From an uncultured delta proteobacterium (lineage in GTDB: Bacteria > Myxococcota > UBA727 > VGSZ01): DNA of 64,000 nt. The notes beneath the pieces were generated by a model. It was not told the DNA's origin. It made no database searches and saw nothing but the letters and a program-made list of their open reading frames with translations. Below, one piece after another: positions 50,152 through 59,900 of this stretch. The stretch lies in NCBI GenBank assembly GCA_963775425.1, contig CAVZJB010000011.1:992001-1056000 (forward strand), in the 5' to 3' direction. The translations under genes were made by a program, and so were the position numbers. Within the stretch, counting starts at the first letter, position 1. Each line of letters opens with the position of its first letter.

Positions 50152-51146
50152 GCGATGAAGTCCAGGGTCTCGGCGCCCTTGGGCCGGACCTTCTGCGTGC
50201 GCAGCCACTCGTCGTTGAACAGGCGCGACTGATAGCGCGAGCCGCCGTCGCACAGCACGGTGACGACGGTGGAGCCCTTGCCGAGCTTGCGCGCGAGCTT
50301 CACGGCGCCGACGCAGTTGATGCCGGCGGTGCCGCCGACGAAGAGGCCGTCCTTGCGCAGGAGCCAATGCACCATCTCGGCAGCCTCGACGTCGGTGCCG
50401 CGGAAGGCGCCGTCGAGCTTGGCCCTCTTGAAGTTGGCGGTGATGCGGCGGATGCCGATGCCCTCGAGAAACGAGCTGCCCTCCGCGTCCAGGGTGCCCG
50501 CGGTGACGTGCGAATACAGCGACGAGCCGCCGCAATCGACGACGTAACACTGCACCTTCTCGCTCCGGCTCTTCAGATAGGAAGTGACACCACCGATGGT
50601 GCCGCCGGTTCCCGACGCGCAGATGAAGCCGTCGATCTTGCCGTCCGTCTGGGCCCAGATCTCGGGGCCGGTGCCCTGGAAGTGGGCGTCGGCGTTGTCG
50701 GTGTTCTCGAACTGGTTGGCCCAGAAGCCGCCGAGCTCCTCCGCGCGCCCGCGGGCGCGGTGGTAGTAGTTGTTGGCGTCGGCGAACGGCGCCGGCGCCA
50801 CCAACTCCACCTCGGCGCCGAGCGCGCGCAGGAGCGACACCTTCTCGTCGCTCTGGTTGTTGGGCATCACGATGACGCAGCGGTAGCCGCGGGCGCGCGC
50901 CATCAAGGCGAGGCCGATGCCGGTGTTGCCGGCGGTGCCTTCGACGATGGTGCCGCCGGGCGCGAGCTTCCCGCTCTTCTCCGCGCCTTCGACCATGAAC
51001 CTGGCCGCGCGATCCTTGATGCTGCCGCCGGGGTTCAGGTGCTCCGCCTTGGCGAGGATGGCGCAGCCGGTCTCCTTCGACAGGCTCGGGATCTCGACGA
51101 GCGATGTGTTGCCGACGCTGCCCGGAAAGCCATGCGCGATGTTCAT
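50148..51146 (-). CDS. cysK: Cysteine synthase
   Basis: NPGGSIKDR (PLP Lys), EGTAGNTGIGL, NQF.N, SGTGGT, EGIG. Confidence 0.92.
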   Translation of the reverse strand: MNIAHGFPGSVGNTSLVEIPSLSKETGCAILAKAEHLNPGGSIKDRAARFMVEGAEKSGKLAPGGTIVEGTAGNTGIGLALMARARGYRCVIVMPNNQSDEKVSLLRALGAEVELVAPAPFADANNYYHRARGRAEELGGFWANQFENTDNADAHFQGTGPEIWAQTDGKIDGFICASGTGGTIGGVTSYLKSRSEKVQCYVVDCGGSSLYSHVTAGTLDAEGSSFLEGIGIRRITANFKRAKLDGAFRGTDVEAAEMVHWLLRKDGLFVGGTAGINCVGAVKLARKLGKGSTVVTVLCDGGSRYQSRLFNDEWLRTQKVRPKGAETLDFIA

Positions 51147-51153
51147 GTGACCG

Positions 51154-52020
51154 TCATAGCGCTTTGGTCTCCGCGAGCAACGACCGGTACGCGGCGTAGC
51201 GCTCCGCGGGCACGCGTCCCTCGTCGACTGCGCGGCGGACGGCACAACCAGGCTCTTCCTCGTGCAGGCAGTCGCGGAAGCGGCAGCCCTCGACGACGGG
51301 GGCGAAGCCGGGGAAGTACGCGGCGAGGTCGAGCGGCTCGATATCGACGAGGCCGTACTCGCGCACACCCGGCGTGTCCACGATCTCGCCCCCGCCATCG
51401 AGGCGCACGAGCGTCGACGCGGTCGTGGTGTGGCGGCCGGCGCCGGTGGCCGACGACAAATCACGCGTCGGAAGTCCGAGCGAAGGCACCAGCGAATTCA
51501 ACAGCGAGCTCTTCCCGACGCCGGACGGCCCGACGAACGCCCCGCGCCCGTGCTCGGCGAGGAACGCGCGCACGGCGTCCACGCCCTGTCCCGTCCTCGC
51601 GCTCACGAGGAACACCGGGAGCTCACCGGCCGCGCGCGCGGTGAGCGCGTCGCCGACGCCGGAGGCGTCCTCGAGGTCGATCTTGTTGATCACGAGCGCG
51701 GGCCGTACGCCCGCGGCGCGCGCCGCGACGCTCGCGCGATCGACGAGGCCGGCCTTGGCCGGCGGATCGAGCGCGGCCACCACGAGGAGGACGTCGAGGT
51801 TGGCGGCGACCACGTGCACGCCTCCCCCGGGGGAGCGACGGCGCAGCTCCGTGCGGCGCGGCACGAGCACGGGGGCGCGGTCGGCGCCCTCTGCGAGCTG
51901 CACTTCGTCGCCCACCACGAGCCCGCTCTTGCGTGGAACACGAACGCGCCGGCGCTCTCCGGAGCGCAGCTCGATCTCCACGGCGACGCCGAGGTGGGTG
52001 ACGATGGTTCCTTCAAGCAT
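51154..52020 (-). CDS. rsgA: Ribosome small subunit-dependent GTPase A
   Basis: NKID, GPSGVGKSS, GRHTTT, DTPG, CRFRDCLHEEEPGC. Confidence 0.95.
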   Translation of the reverse strand: MLEGTIVTHLGVAVEIELRSGERRRVRVPRKSGLVVGDEVQLAEGADRAPVLVPRRTELRRRSPGGGVHVVAANLDVLLVVAALDPPAKAGLVDRASVAARAAGVRPALVINKIDLEDASGVGDALTARAAGELPVFLVSARTGQGVDAVRAFLAEHGRGAFVGPSGVGKSSLLNSLVPSLGLPTRDLSSATGAGRHTTTASTLVRLDGGGEIVDTPGVREYGLVDIEPLDLAAYFPGFAPVVEGCRFRDCLHEEEPGCAVRRAVDEGRVPAERYAAYRSLLAETKAL

Positions 52021-52179
52021 CCGTAATCTCTTGCGAATCGAAGCGGACGGCGCGCGCGGGAAAAAGGGGGGATTGCGTAGGGAGCTCCGCTTCACCGCGT
52101 CCGGACGCGAGTTTTCGGCTTGACGGCGAGGGCTGTTCGCGCCAAATGGGCGCACCTCTCAAGCGACCGGAGCCCTGCG

Positions 52180-52452
52180 ATGACCAAGAACGACCTTGTG
52201 GATCTCATCTGCCAGAAGAACGATCAGCTCACGAAGAAGGCGGGCGGCGAGATCCTCGACGCCATCTTCGACACCCTCGCCACGACCATCAAGAAGGACG
52301 AGAAGTTCACGTACCCGGGCTTCGGCACGTTCGTGGTCCGCAAGCGCAAGGCCCGCGACGGCATCGACCCGCGCACGCGCGAGAAGATCAAGATCCCGGC
52401 CTCCAAGACGGTGGGCTTCAAGCCCGCCAAGGCCTTCAAAGAGACGCTCTGA
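52180..52452 (+). CDS. hup: HU family DNA-binding protein
   Basis: MTKNDLV, GFGTF.VRKRKAR.G.DPRT.E.IKIPA.K.V.FKP; GGAG upstream. Confidence 0.93.
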   Translation: MTKNDLVDLICQKNDQLTKKAGGEILDAIFDTLATTIKKDEKFTYPGFGTFVVRKRKARDGIDPRTREKIKIPASKTVGFKPAKAFKETL

Positions 52453-52495
52453 ACGAGCGGTAGAACGAGCGACACATCACGAGCCCATTGTGGGG

Positions 52496-52527
52496 GAAGC
52501 GAGCGGCCTTTCGGGGCCGCTCGCTTC
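52496..52527 (+). terminator. Strong stem-loop downstream of hup (likely terminator)
   Basis: GAAGCGAGCGGCC-TTTCGG-GGCCGCTCGCTTC: 13-bp perfect stem with UUCG-type loop; weak U tract. Confidence 0.65.
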
Positions 52528-52546
52528 GTCTGTAGCATGTGCGCCG

Positions 52547-52948
52547 GTGGGAGCGCTCGAAGACGCCCTGGCCCTCTCGCGCGACGGCGACGTCGCCGGC
52601 GCCGCCGACGTCTTGCGACAGGCGCAGCGGGCGGGGCCGCTGCCGGACGCCGCCCTCTCGCTGCTGTTCCAGCTCGTCACCAAGACGGCGCCCACCGACG
52701 AGGGGCTCGCCGTCGCCACCACCGCGCTCGAGGCGGCGACGACGCCGCGGGCGCGCTCGCAGTGGGCCGTGCGCCGGGGGCTCCTGCGCGTCGAGCGGGG
52801 CGACCGGGCGGGCGCGCTCGCGGATCTGCAGTGGGTGATGAAGCTGAAGGCCAACGAGGGTCACGTCGAGCAGGCGCGCGCCGCGTTGTTGCGGGTGGCG
52901 GCGTTGCCGAAGGGCCGCGACCGGACGGAGCGGCCTCGCGACAAGTGA
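52547..52948 (+). CDS. Small TPR-like helical protein
   Basis: RRGLLRVERGDRAGALADL TPR pattern; start uncertain. Confidence 0.55.
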   Translation: MGALEDALALSRDGDVAGAADVLRQAQRAGPLPDAALSLLFQLVTKTAPTDEGLAVATTALEAATTPRARSQWAVRRGLLRVERGDRAGALADLQWVMKLKANEGHVEQARAALLRVAALPKGRDRTERPRDK

Positions 52949-52951
52949 CGG

Positions 52952-53383
52952 TCAATCCCCGAGCGGGATGGGGCGGCCGAGCACGTCGAGGGCCCAGCGA
53001 GCGGCCGACGGGACGTCGCCGAAGACCTCGTGGGCGCCCACGGGGGCAAGACGCACCACCGCCGACAGCACCGCGCGCTGCACCGGGCCGGGCAGCACGA
53101 ACGCGGTGCCCTTGATGTAGGCCTCGCGGCGCGCGGCCTCCGCCTTCAGCCACGCGCCGGCCTCGCGCACGCGCTCGAAGGGCAGGGCGGCGCCGTCCCG
53201 GGCGTCGATGATGAGGACGAAGGCCCGCGTCCGGTCCAGGAGCGCCGATGCGTGTGCGAAGAAGCCGGCGAAGGCTTCCTTGTCGGGGGCGCCGACGAAG
53301 CGCATGAGCACCACGGGGAACGCCGTGTCGTCGACGATGATGCCGTTGCGCTGGCCGGGATCGGCCCCCATCCTCGTGGTCAT
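52952..53383 (-). CDS. STAS/SEC14 (SpoIIAA-like) domain protein
   Basis: FPVVLMRF, FVLIIDAR, GTAFV..GPVQRAVL, VF.D...AARW. Confidence 0.65.
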   Translation of the reverse strand: MTTRMGADPGQRNGIIVDDTAFPVVLMRFVGAPDKEAFAGFFAHASALLDRTRAFVLIIDARDGAALPFERVREAGAWLKAEAARREAYIKGTAFVLPGPVQRAVLSAVVRLAPVGAHEVFGDVPSAARWALDVLGRPIPLGD

Positions 53384-53513
53384 TCGTCCCGAGCTTTCCC
53401 CGGCCTGCACGCACACTCCAAGCGGCCCGCCGGCTGTCTCGCGGTGAGACGGCAGCGTCCGGCAGCTCCGCGCCTCCGCGCGCGAAGAGCGGATCTGTAG
53501 ACTCAAGCTCGCG

Positions 53514-54281
53514 TTGCGCTACGCCGACGATCTTGCTTACGTGCACCACACGGGCTTCGCCGACCTCGCACGCGGCGCCGCTCGCTTTGTCGTCGAGGAG
53601 CTCTTGCCGCGCGCAGGCATCACCGAGGGGACCGTCGTCGATCTCGGCTGCGGTAGCGGCATCGTCCTGCGCGCGTTGCAGGACGCCGGCTACCGCGCCG
53701 CCGGCGTCGACCTCTCGCCGGCGATGGTCGCGCTCGCAAAGAAGGCGGCGCCCCGCGCCAAGCTCGTGTGCGCCTCGCTCTACGACGTCGACCTGCGCGC
53801 GCTCGCGCCGGGCGGTTGCGCCGCCGTGCTCGCCGTCGGCGAGCCGCTGTCCTACGGCGACGAGCCGCTCGCGCCGTTGTTCCGCCGCGTGCGCGCTGCG
53901 CTCGCCGACGGTGGCGTCTTCACGTTCGACGTCATCGTCGACGGCCCCGGCCCGCCGCTCACCCGGCGCGCGTGGATGGCCGGCGCGGACTGGGCGTGCC
54001 TCGTCGACACGGTCGAGGACGCGCGGCGCACGTCGCTGTCTCGCGACATCACGACGTTTCGAGCAGCGCGATCGACGGCTCCCGCGGGTCGCCGCACGAC
54101 GCTGTACGAGCGCGCGCGCGAGGTGCATCACGTGCGCGTGCTCCGCCGGCGTGACGTCGAGCGCATGCTGCGCGCGGCCGGCTTTCGCGTGCGCGTGCTC
54201 ACGCGCTACGGCGCGCATCCCCTGGCAGTGCGGCGACGCGCCTTCCTGTGCACCGCCGCCGGGCGAAGAGGCAGAAGATGA
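53514..54281 (+). CDS. Class I SAM-dependent methyltransferase
   Basis: VVDLGCGSG, GVDLSPAM, AL.DGGVF.FD. Confidence 0.85.
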   Translation: MRYADDLAYVHHTGFADLARGAARFVVEELLPRAGITEGTVVDLGCGSGIVLRALQDAGYRAAGVDLSPAMVALAKKAAPRAKLVCASLYDVDLRALAPGGCAAVLAVGEPLSYGDEPLAPLFRRVRAALADGGVFTFDVIVDGPGPPLTRRAWMAGADWACLVDTVEDARRTSLSRDITTFRAARSTAPAGRRTTLYERAREVHHVRVLRRRDVERMLRAAGFRVRVLTRYGAHPLAVRRRAFLCTAAGRRGRR

Positions 54282-55189
54282 CGAACCGGGCCTTGGCGCT
54301 GCCGCCGGAGCGCACCGTGCGCTTCGCGGCCTACGCCGTGCTCTACCTCGGCTGGGGCTCGACGTACCTCGCCATGCGCATCGCGCTGCAGACGATGCCG
54401 CCTTTCGTCGTCGCCGGCGCACGCTTCCTCGTCGCCGCGCTCATCCTGTTCGCCGTGCTGCACCTGCGCGGGAGCCCGTGGCCCACGCGGCGGCAGTGGG
54501 GCGTCGCGGCGCTGTCGTCGCTGTTCCTGCTCGTGCTCGGCAACGCCGGCGTCCTGTGGGGCCTCAAGATGGTGCCCTCCGGCGTCGCGGCGCTCTTCGT
54601 CTCCACGGTCCCGCTCTGGCTCGCGGTGCTCTCGCGCTCCATCAACGGGCGCGCGGCGGCGGGGCTCGGCCTCGGGCTGTGCGGCGTCGCCGTCCTCGCG
54701 GGGCCGACGCCGCTCGCGGGCGCCGACCGCTTCAACCCGGTGGGCGTCGTCATCCTGCTCCTGTCGTCGGTGTCGTGGGCCGCGGGCTCCCTGCTGCAGC
54801 GCAGGTCGACGGCGCCGGCGGGCACGGCCTCGGCAGCGCAGATGCTCTGCGGCGGTGTGATGCTCTGCGCGCTCGCGTTCGCGACCGGCGAGGCCCGCGA
54901 CGTCCACGTGCTCACGGGCGCGTCGCGCGCCTCGTGGATGGCGCTCGCATACCTGACGATCCTCGGGAGCCTCGTGGGCATGACCGCCTATACGTGGCTG
55001 ATGGCGCGCGAAGAGCCCGCGCGCGTCGGCACGTATGCGTACGTCAACCCCGTCGTGGCCGTGCTCCTCGGCAGGCTCCTCGCCGACGAAGCGTTCACGC
55101 CGCGCACGGCGGTCGCGGGCGCGCTCATCCTCGCGGGCGTCGTCGTCATCGTCAGCACGGCGCGCAGGCCACTCAACCGCGCGGCTTGA
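54278..55189 (+). CDS. EamA/DMT family transporter (YedA-like)
   Basis: [31 protein letters not shown]; about 10 TM helices. Confidence 0.9.
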   Translation: MTNRALALPPERTVRFAAYAVLYLGWGSTYLAMRIALQTMPPFVVAGARFLVAALILFAVLHLRGSPWPTRRQWGVAALSSLFLLVLGNAGVLWGLKMVPSGVAALFVSTVPLWLAVLSRSINGRAAAGLGLGLCGVAVLAGPTPLAGADRFNPVGVVILLLSSVSWAAGSLLQRRSTAPAGTASAAQMLCGGVMLCALAFATGEARDVHVLTGASRASWMALAYLTILGSLVGMTAYTWLMAREEPARVGTYAYVNPVVAVLLGRLLADEAFTPRTAVAGALILAGVVVIVSTARRPLNRAA

Positions 55190-56168
55190 ACGTCGAGACC
55201 TTCTGGAGCTCCTCGAACAGGCGCTTCTCTTCGTCCGTGGGCGTGGTGGGCACGACGATGCGCAGCTCGACCGTGAGGCTGCCGCGGCCGCCGGTGCGCT
55301 TGGGGAGCCCCTTGTCCTTGAGGCGCAGCTTGGAGCCGCCCTGCGTGCCCGCGGGCACTTTGAGCTGCACCTCGCCGTCGAGCGTGTCGAACGGGACCTT
55401 GGCGCCGAACACGGCCTCCCACGGCGCGATGTGCAGCGTGGCCTTGAGGTTGTGGCCGTCGACCTCGAAGCGCGCGTGGTGCGCGAGCGTCACCTTCAAC
55501 AGCAGGTCGCCGTCGGGCGCGTTGACGCCCTTTCCGCCCTGACCGGCGAGGCGGATCCTGGTGCCGCCGGTGGTCCCCGGCGGGATCTTGACGCTGAAGG
55601 AGCGGTTCTCGACGCGGCGCCCTCCGTCGGGCTGGATGATCGTCTCCTGGAGCGACACGGGCTTGGTGGCGCCCTGATACGCATCCTCGAGGCTGATCTC
55701 GATCTCGGCTTCGTGATTCTCGCCGCGTCGCCGCAGCTCCTGCTCGAAGCCCGCCGAGAACGGCGCCCGGCGCGCGCGCCGCCCGCCCCCGGCTGCAGCG
55801 CCGCCGCCGGCGCCGAAGAACGCCTCGAAGAAGTCGGAGAACGACCCGGGGACCTCGCCGCCGGCGCCGCCGGGGCCGCGGGCCCCGCCGAAGTTGAAGT
55901 CGACGTTCTGCCACCCCGGCGGCGGCCGCACCTCGTCGCCCGGGTGAAAGGAGCTGCCGAGCTGATCGTACTTCTTGCGCTTGTCGGGATCCTTCAGGAC
56001 CTCGTACGCCTCGCCAATCTGCTTGAACTTGTCCTCGGCGCCCTTCGCCTTGTTGATGTCCGGGTGGTACTTCTTCGAGAGCTTGCGGTAGGCCTTCTTG
56101 ATCTCGTCCTGCGACGCCGTCCGCTGCACACCGAGAGTCTCGTAGTAGTCTTGGAATTGCATAGACAC
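55173..56168 (-). CDS. cbpA: Class II DnaJ co-chaperone (CbpA-like)
   Basis: J domain with HPD, G/F region, no Zn finger, DnaJ_C domain. Confidence 0.85.
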   Translation of the reverse strand: MSMQFQDYYETLGVQRTASQDEIKKAYRKLSKKYHPDINKAKGAEDKFKQIGEAYEVLKDPDKRKKYDQLGSSFHPGDEVRPPPGWQNVDFNFGGARGPGGAGGEVPGSFSDFFEAFFGAGGGAAAGGGRRARRAPFSAGFEQELRRRGENHEAEIEISLEDAYQGATKPVSLQETIIQPDGGRRVENRSFSVKIPPGTTGGTRIRLAGQGGKGVNAPDGDLLLKVTLAHHARFEVDGHNLKATLHIAPWEAVFGAKVPFDTLDGEVQLKVPAGTQGGSKLRLKDKGLPKRTGGRGSLTVELRIVVPTTPTDEEKRLFEELQKVSTFKPRG

Positions 56169-56233
56169 GCGTAATCTAGGCGCCCGCCCCGCTTCGACAA
56201 TCCCCTGGCGCGGTCGTGTGCTAATCCCCTTCG

Positions 56234-56611
56234 GTGCGCGTCGCGTCCGGTTCCCCCTACGAGGACACCATCGGCTTCTCGCGCGCGGTGCGGGCGGGGG
56301 ACCGCGTCCTCGTGAGCGGCACCGCGCCCATCTGGCCCGACGGCTCGTGTGACGCTTCGCCCTATGCGCAGGCGCGCCGCTGCCTCGAGATCATCCTTGA
56401 CGCCCTCAGGGCGGCCGGCGCCGCGCCCGAGCACGTGGTTCGCACGCGCATGTATCTCGCCGACGCCGCGGACGCCGCCGAGGTCGGCCGTGCACACGCC
56501 GAGGTGCTCGGCGCCGTGCGGCCGGCGGCGACCATGGTGGTCGTGAAGGCGCTCATCGACCCCCGCTGGAAGATCGAGATCGAAGCAGAAGCGGTCGTTG
56601 GCCCTCGATGA
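56234..56611 (+). CDS. RidA/YjgF family protein
   Basis: [32 protein letters not shown]. Confidence 0.9.
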   Translation: MRVASGSPYEDTIGFSRAVRAGDRVLVSGTAPIWPDGSCDASPYAQARRCLEIILDALRAAGAAPEHVVRTRMYLADAADAAEVGRAHAEVLGAVRPAATMVVVKALIDPRWKIEIEAEAVVGPR

Positions 56612-56917
56612 CGTCGGCCAACGCGCTCGCGCACCACTGGGGCATGCCCATCCACCTCGCCATCGCGGTGGCGTCGGCGGCGTCGTGGGTCGTGGTGTTT
56701 TGGGGCGTGTCGTCGCGGCTGCCGGCGCTCGAAGGTTGGCGCGCGCGGCTGGCGGCGGTGTTGTGGCCGGTCGGCCTCGTCGCGTCCTTCCTCGTCGCCA
56801 TCAGCCGAGCCCACCGCCGACGCTCTCCGGCTGCTCATCGGCACCGACGAGAGCGTCTACCTCTTCGTCGTCGACCCGGCTTCCGGGCGCGTCCTCCACG
56901 AAAGCGCCCTGTACTGA
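56608..56917 (+). pseudogene. Probable internally deleted or frameshifted membrane protein remnant
   Basis: Two TM helices from a coupled ATG, then a protein-like tail LLIGTDESVYLFVVDPASGRVLHESALY-stop in another frame. Confidence 0.4.
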
Positions 56918-56951
56918 GCGCGCCCTCTGCGCGAGATGCGCGAGTCAGCCA

Positions 56952-59900
56952 TCAGAGCTCGTCGAAGCCAACGTCGAAGAGGCCGCTGGCGGCGTCGGGG
57001 CGCGGGTCGCCGTCGAGGTCGGTGGCGGTGGCGCCGGCGGCGTCTTCGGCGTCGATGCAAGCGTTGGCGACGTCGTCGACGAGGTGGAAGTCCGCGGTGA
57101 ACAGGCACGCGCGCCCGAAGGCGTCGTCGAGCCCGACGGCGCTGCACGTGCTCGGGTCGACAGGATCGAACGCGACGCCGGCGCACGTCGACGCGCCGGC
57201 GACCGCGTCGGCGACGGCGCACGTCGTGAGGTCCACGCCGTCGCCGCCGTCGTCGAGGACGGCCGCGGCGGCGAACCCGGTGACCACGGTCAGCTCGAGC
57301 GTGGCCGACGCCGAGACCGCCGCCGCGTCGGTGCGCAGGCCGGCCCCGTCGGCGGCGCCGAGCGCGCCCGTGGATCCGAGCGTCGAGCGCGTGATCACGG
57401 CGGCGCCGTCGACGATGCCCAGGCCGTCGCCGCTGTCGACGGCGACGCGCGAGTCGTCGAGCTCCAGCGCGCCGTCGAGATCGAGGTCGAGCGCCGCGCC
57501 GCCGAGCGCAACGCCCGTGGTCACCGCCGCGTCGAGGCGCGCCCCGGTGAACGCACCGGCGCGCACGCGGACGGCCGACGCCGACGCCTTGACGCAGTCG
57601 GTGCGCGTGAAGTCAGCCGTCACGACGAGGTCCGACGCCTCCACGTCGGCGCCCGCCCCGACCGAGACACCAACCGGATCGCACGTGCCGGTGACGGCCA
57701 TGGACCCTCCGAAGAAGATGGGCGCGGCCGTGCCGTCGATGATCAACGCCGTCGCCGACGCCGGTCCCGCGTCCGGCGCCGCGAGCCCTGCGGCGAGGTC
57801 GACGTCCGTGAACGTCGCGGCGCAGCCGTCGCAGTGAAGCGCCACCTGCGCGCCCGGCACCGCAGGGTCCACGGCGAAGGACGCGTCGTCCACCAGCACC
57901 GTGTCGTCGGCGGCGGCGTCGAGCGTCACGCAGGTGACGTCGCCGGTCCCGGCGCCGCCGTCGGCGCAGGTGATCGACGTCGGCGCACCGGCGACCCGCG
58001 CGAACGTCGCGGGGTTACGGCCGCCCCACAGCGTACGCCGCAGCGCCAGCGTCGCCGGCCCCGGCGCCGCCGGCGGCGCGGGCGTCTCGGTGAACGCGCC
58101 GCCGACGGCGACGAGGTCCCTGGCCTGCGCGTCGGCGAGCGCGAACGCGTTTTCGAAGGTGAGGCAGGGCGCCGCGACGCTGCCGCAGGCCGGGTCGTCG
58201 GTGGCGCCGGCGTCGTCCGGGGCGACCACGATGTGCTCGGCGCCGGGGAGCACGAAGAGCGTGACGCTCACGGGCGGCGACGTCTTGCCGCGCGGATCGG
58301 TGGCCACCACCTCATAGGTCGCGCTGTTGTCGCCGCCGTCACCGCGCGTGTCGTCGAGGAGCGCCTTCAGCGACGGCGCGGTCGGCGCGGGATCGGTGCC
58401 CGAGAGCGTGGCTGGGAAGAGCGCGGCGTCGCCCGCCGTCAAGGTCCACGCGACGCCGACGTTGTCGAAGTCGGGGTCGCTGGCGTCGACATGCAGCGCG
58501 AAGTCGTCGCCGGCGACGGCTGTGAACGTCGAGACCGGCGCGCTCACGACCGGCGGCTGGTCCACGAAGTCGACGACGACGGTGACGACGTCGGGCGCGC
58601 TCGTGTCCTGGCCGTCACTCACCGTGAGGGAAAACGCGTACGCGCCCGCCACCGGGGCCTGGAAGGTGACGAACGCCCCCGAGAGCGCGCCGGCGCCGCC
58701 CGTGACGTCGGGGCCCTGCGTCTGCGTCCACACGAAGCTCGCGGGATCAATGGCATCGCCGTCGGGGTCGAAGGAGGCCGAGCCGTCGAGCGCCACCGTC
58801 TCCACGGCGTCCGGTTGATCGGCGCCCGCGTCGGCGACGGGCGCGCGGTTGGCGCTGGTGACGGTGACGGTGGCCGACCCCGTGTCGAGGCCGTCGCTCA
58901 CCGTCACCTGGAGCACGTAGCAGGCGCCCGCGGTGCAGAGCGCGGGATCGGTCACCGCGGTCTTCTCCGTCGGCGTGAACGTGGGCGTGGCGGTGGCGCC
59001 GCCGGTGAGGACGCCGCCGCCGCCCGCGGGCGCGTCGACGATCTGCCACTGGAAGGTGAGCCCCGCGACATCGAAGGGGTCGACGTCCGAGGCGAACGCC
59101 TGCAGCGCCACCGCCGTGCCGTTTTGCACCGCGACGCCCGCGGCGGCGTCGGCGCCGTCGGCGGTGACGGTGTCGACGGTGGGGGCGGCGTTGTCGACGC
59201 CGATGCTGACCGTGGCGGGCGCGCCGGTGGCGCCGTCGCCGTCGGTGACGACGAGCTGCACCGTCCAGGCGCCGCGGCCGCGGAGCGTGAGCGCCGGCGC
59301 CTCCACGTCGGCGGAGGCGGGCGAAAAGATCGAGACGCCGCCGGCCGGGCCGTCGATCACGGACCACGAAAACGACGCGATGCCGTCGGCGTTGACGCCC
59401 GCGCCGCCGGCGGTGTCGGGATCCGTGGACGCGCTCCCGTCGAGCTGCACGGTGCCGCCGCTCGCGATCTGCGCGGCGTCGACGGAGATGACGGCGACGG
59501 GGCGCACGTTCTCCGGCGGCGGCCCCGCGGCCGCCTCCACCACCAGCGACGCCGTAGCCGTGCCCCCAAGCGCGTTGTTCGCGGCGTCGACGTCGGCGAC
59601 GGTGACCTCGACGAGGTAGGTGCCCGGGACCGGCGCGGTGAACAGCGGCGTGGCCGTGGCCGCGCCCGAGAGGCACGCGTCCGGCGACGCGAGGCACGCC
59701 TCGCCGCCGGGCGTGGCGTCGGCGACGCGCCAGGACAACGTGACGCCGTCGCCGTCGGCGTCGTCGGCGGCGGCGGACAGGGCGCTTGCGGCGCCGGCGG
59801 TGGCGGCCAGCGGCGAGGGCGTGACGACGGTGACGGTGGGGGCGCGGTCGGTGGCGACGAGGAACACGTCCGCGCTCGCGACGAGGGCGCCGTCTCCCGC

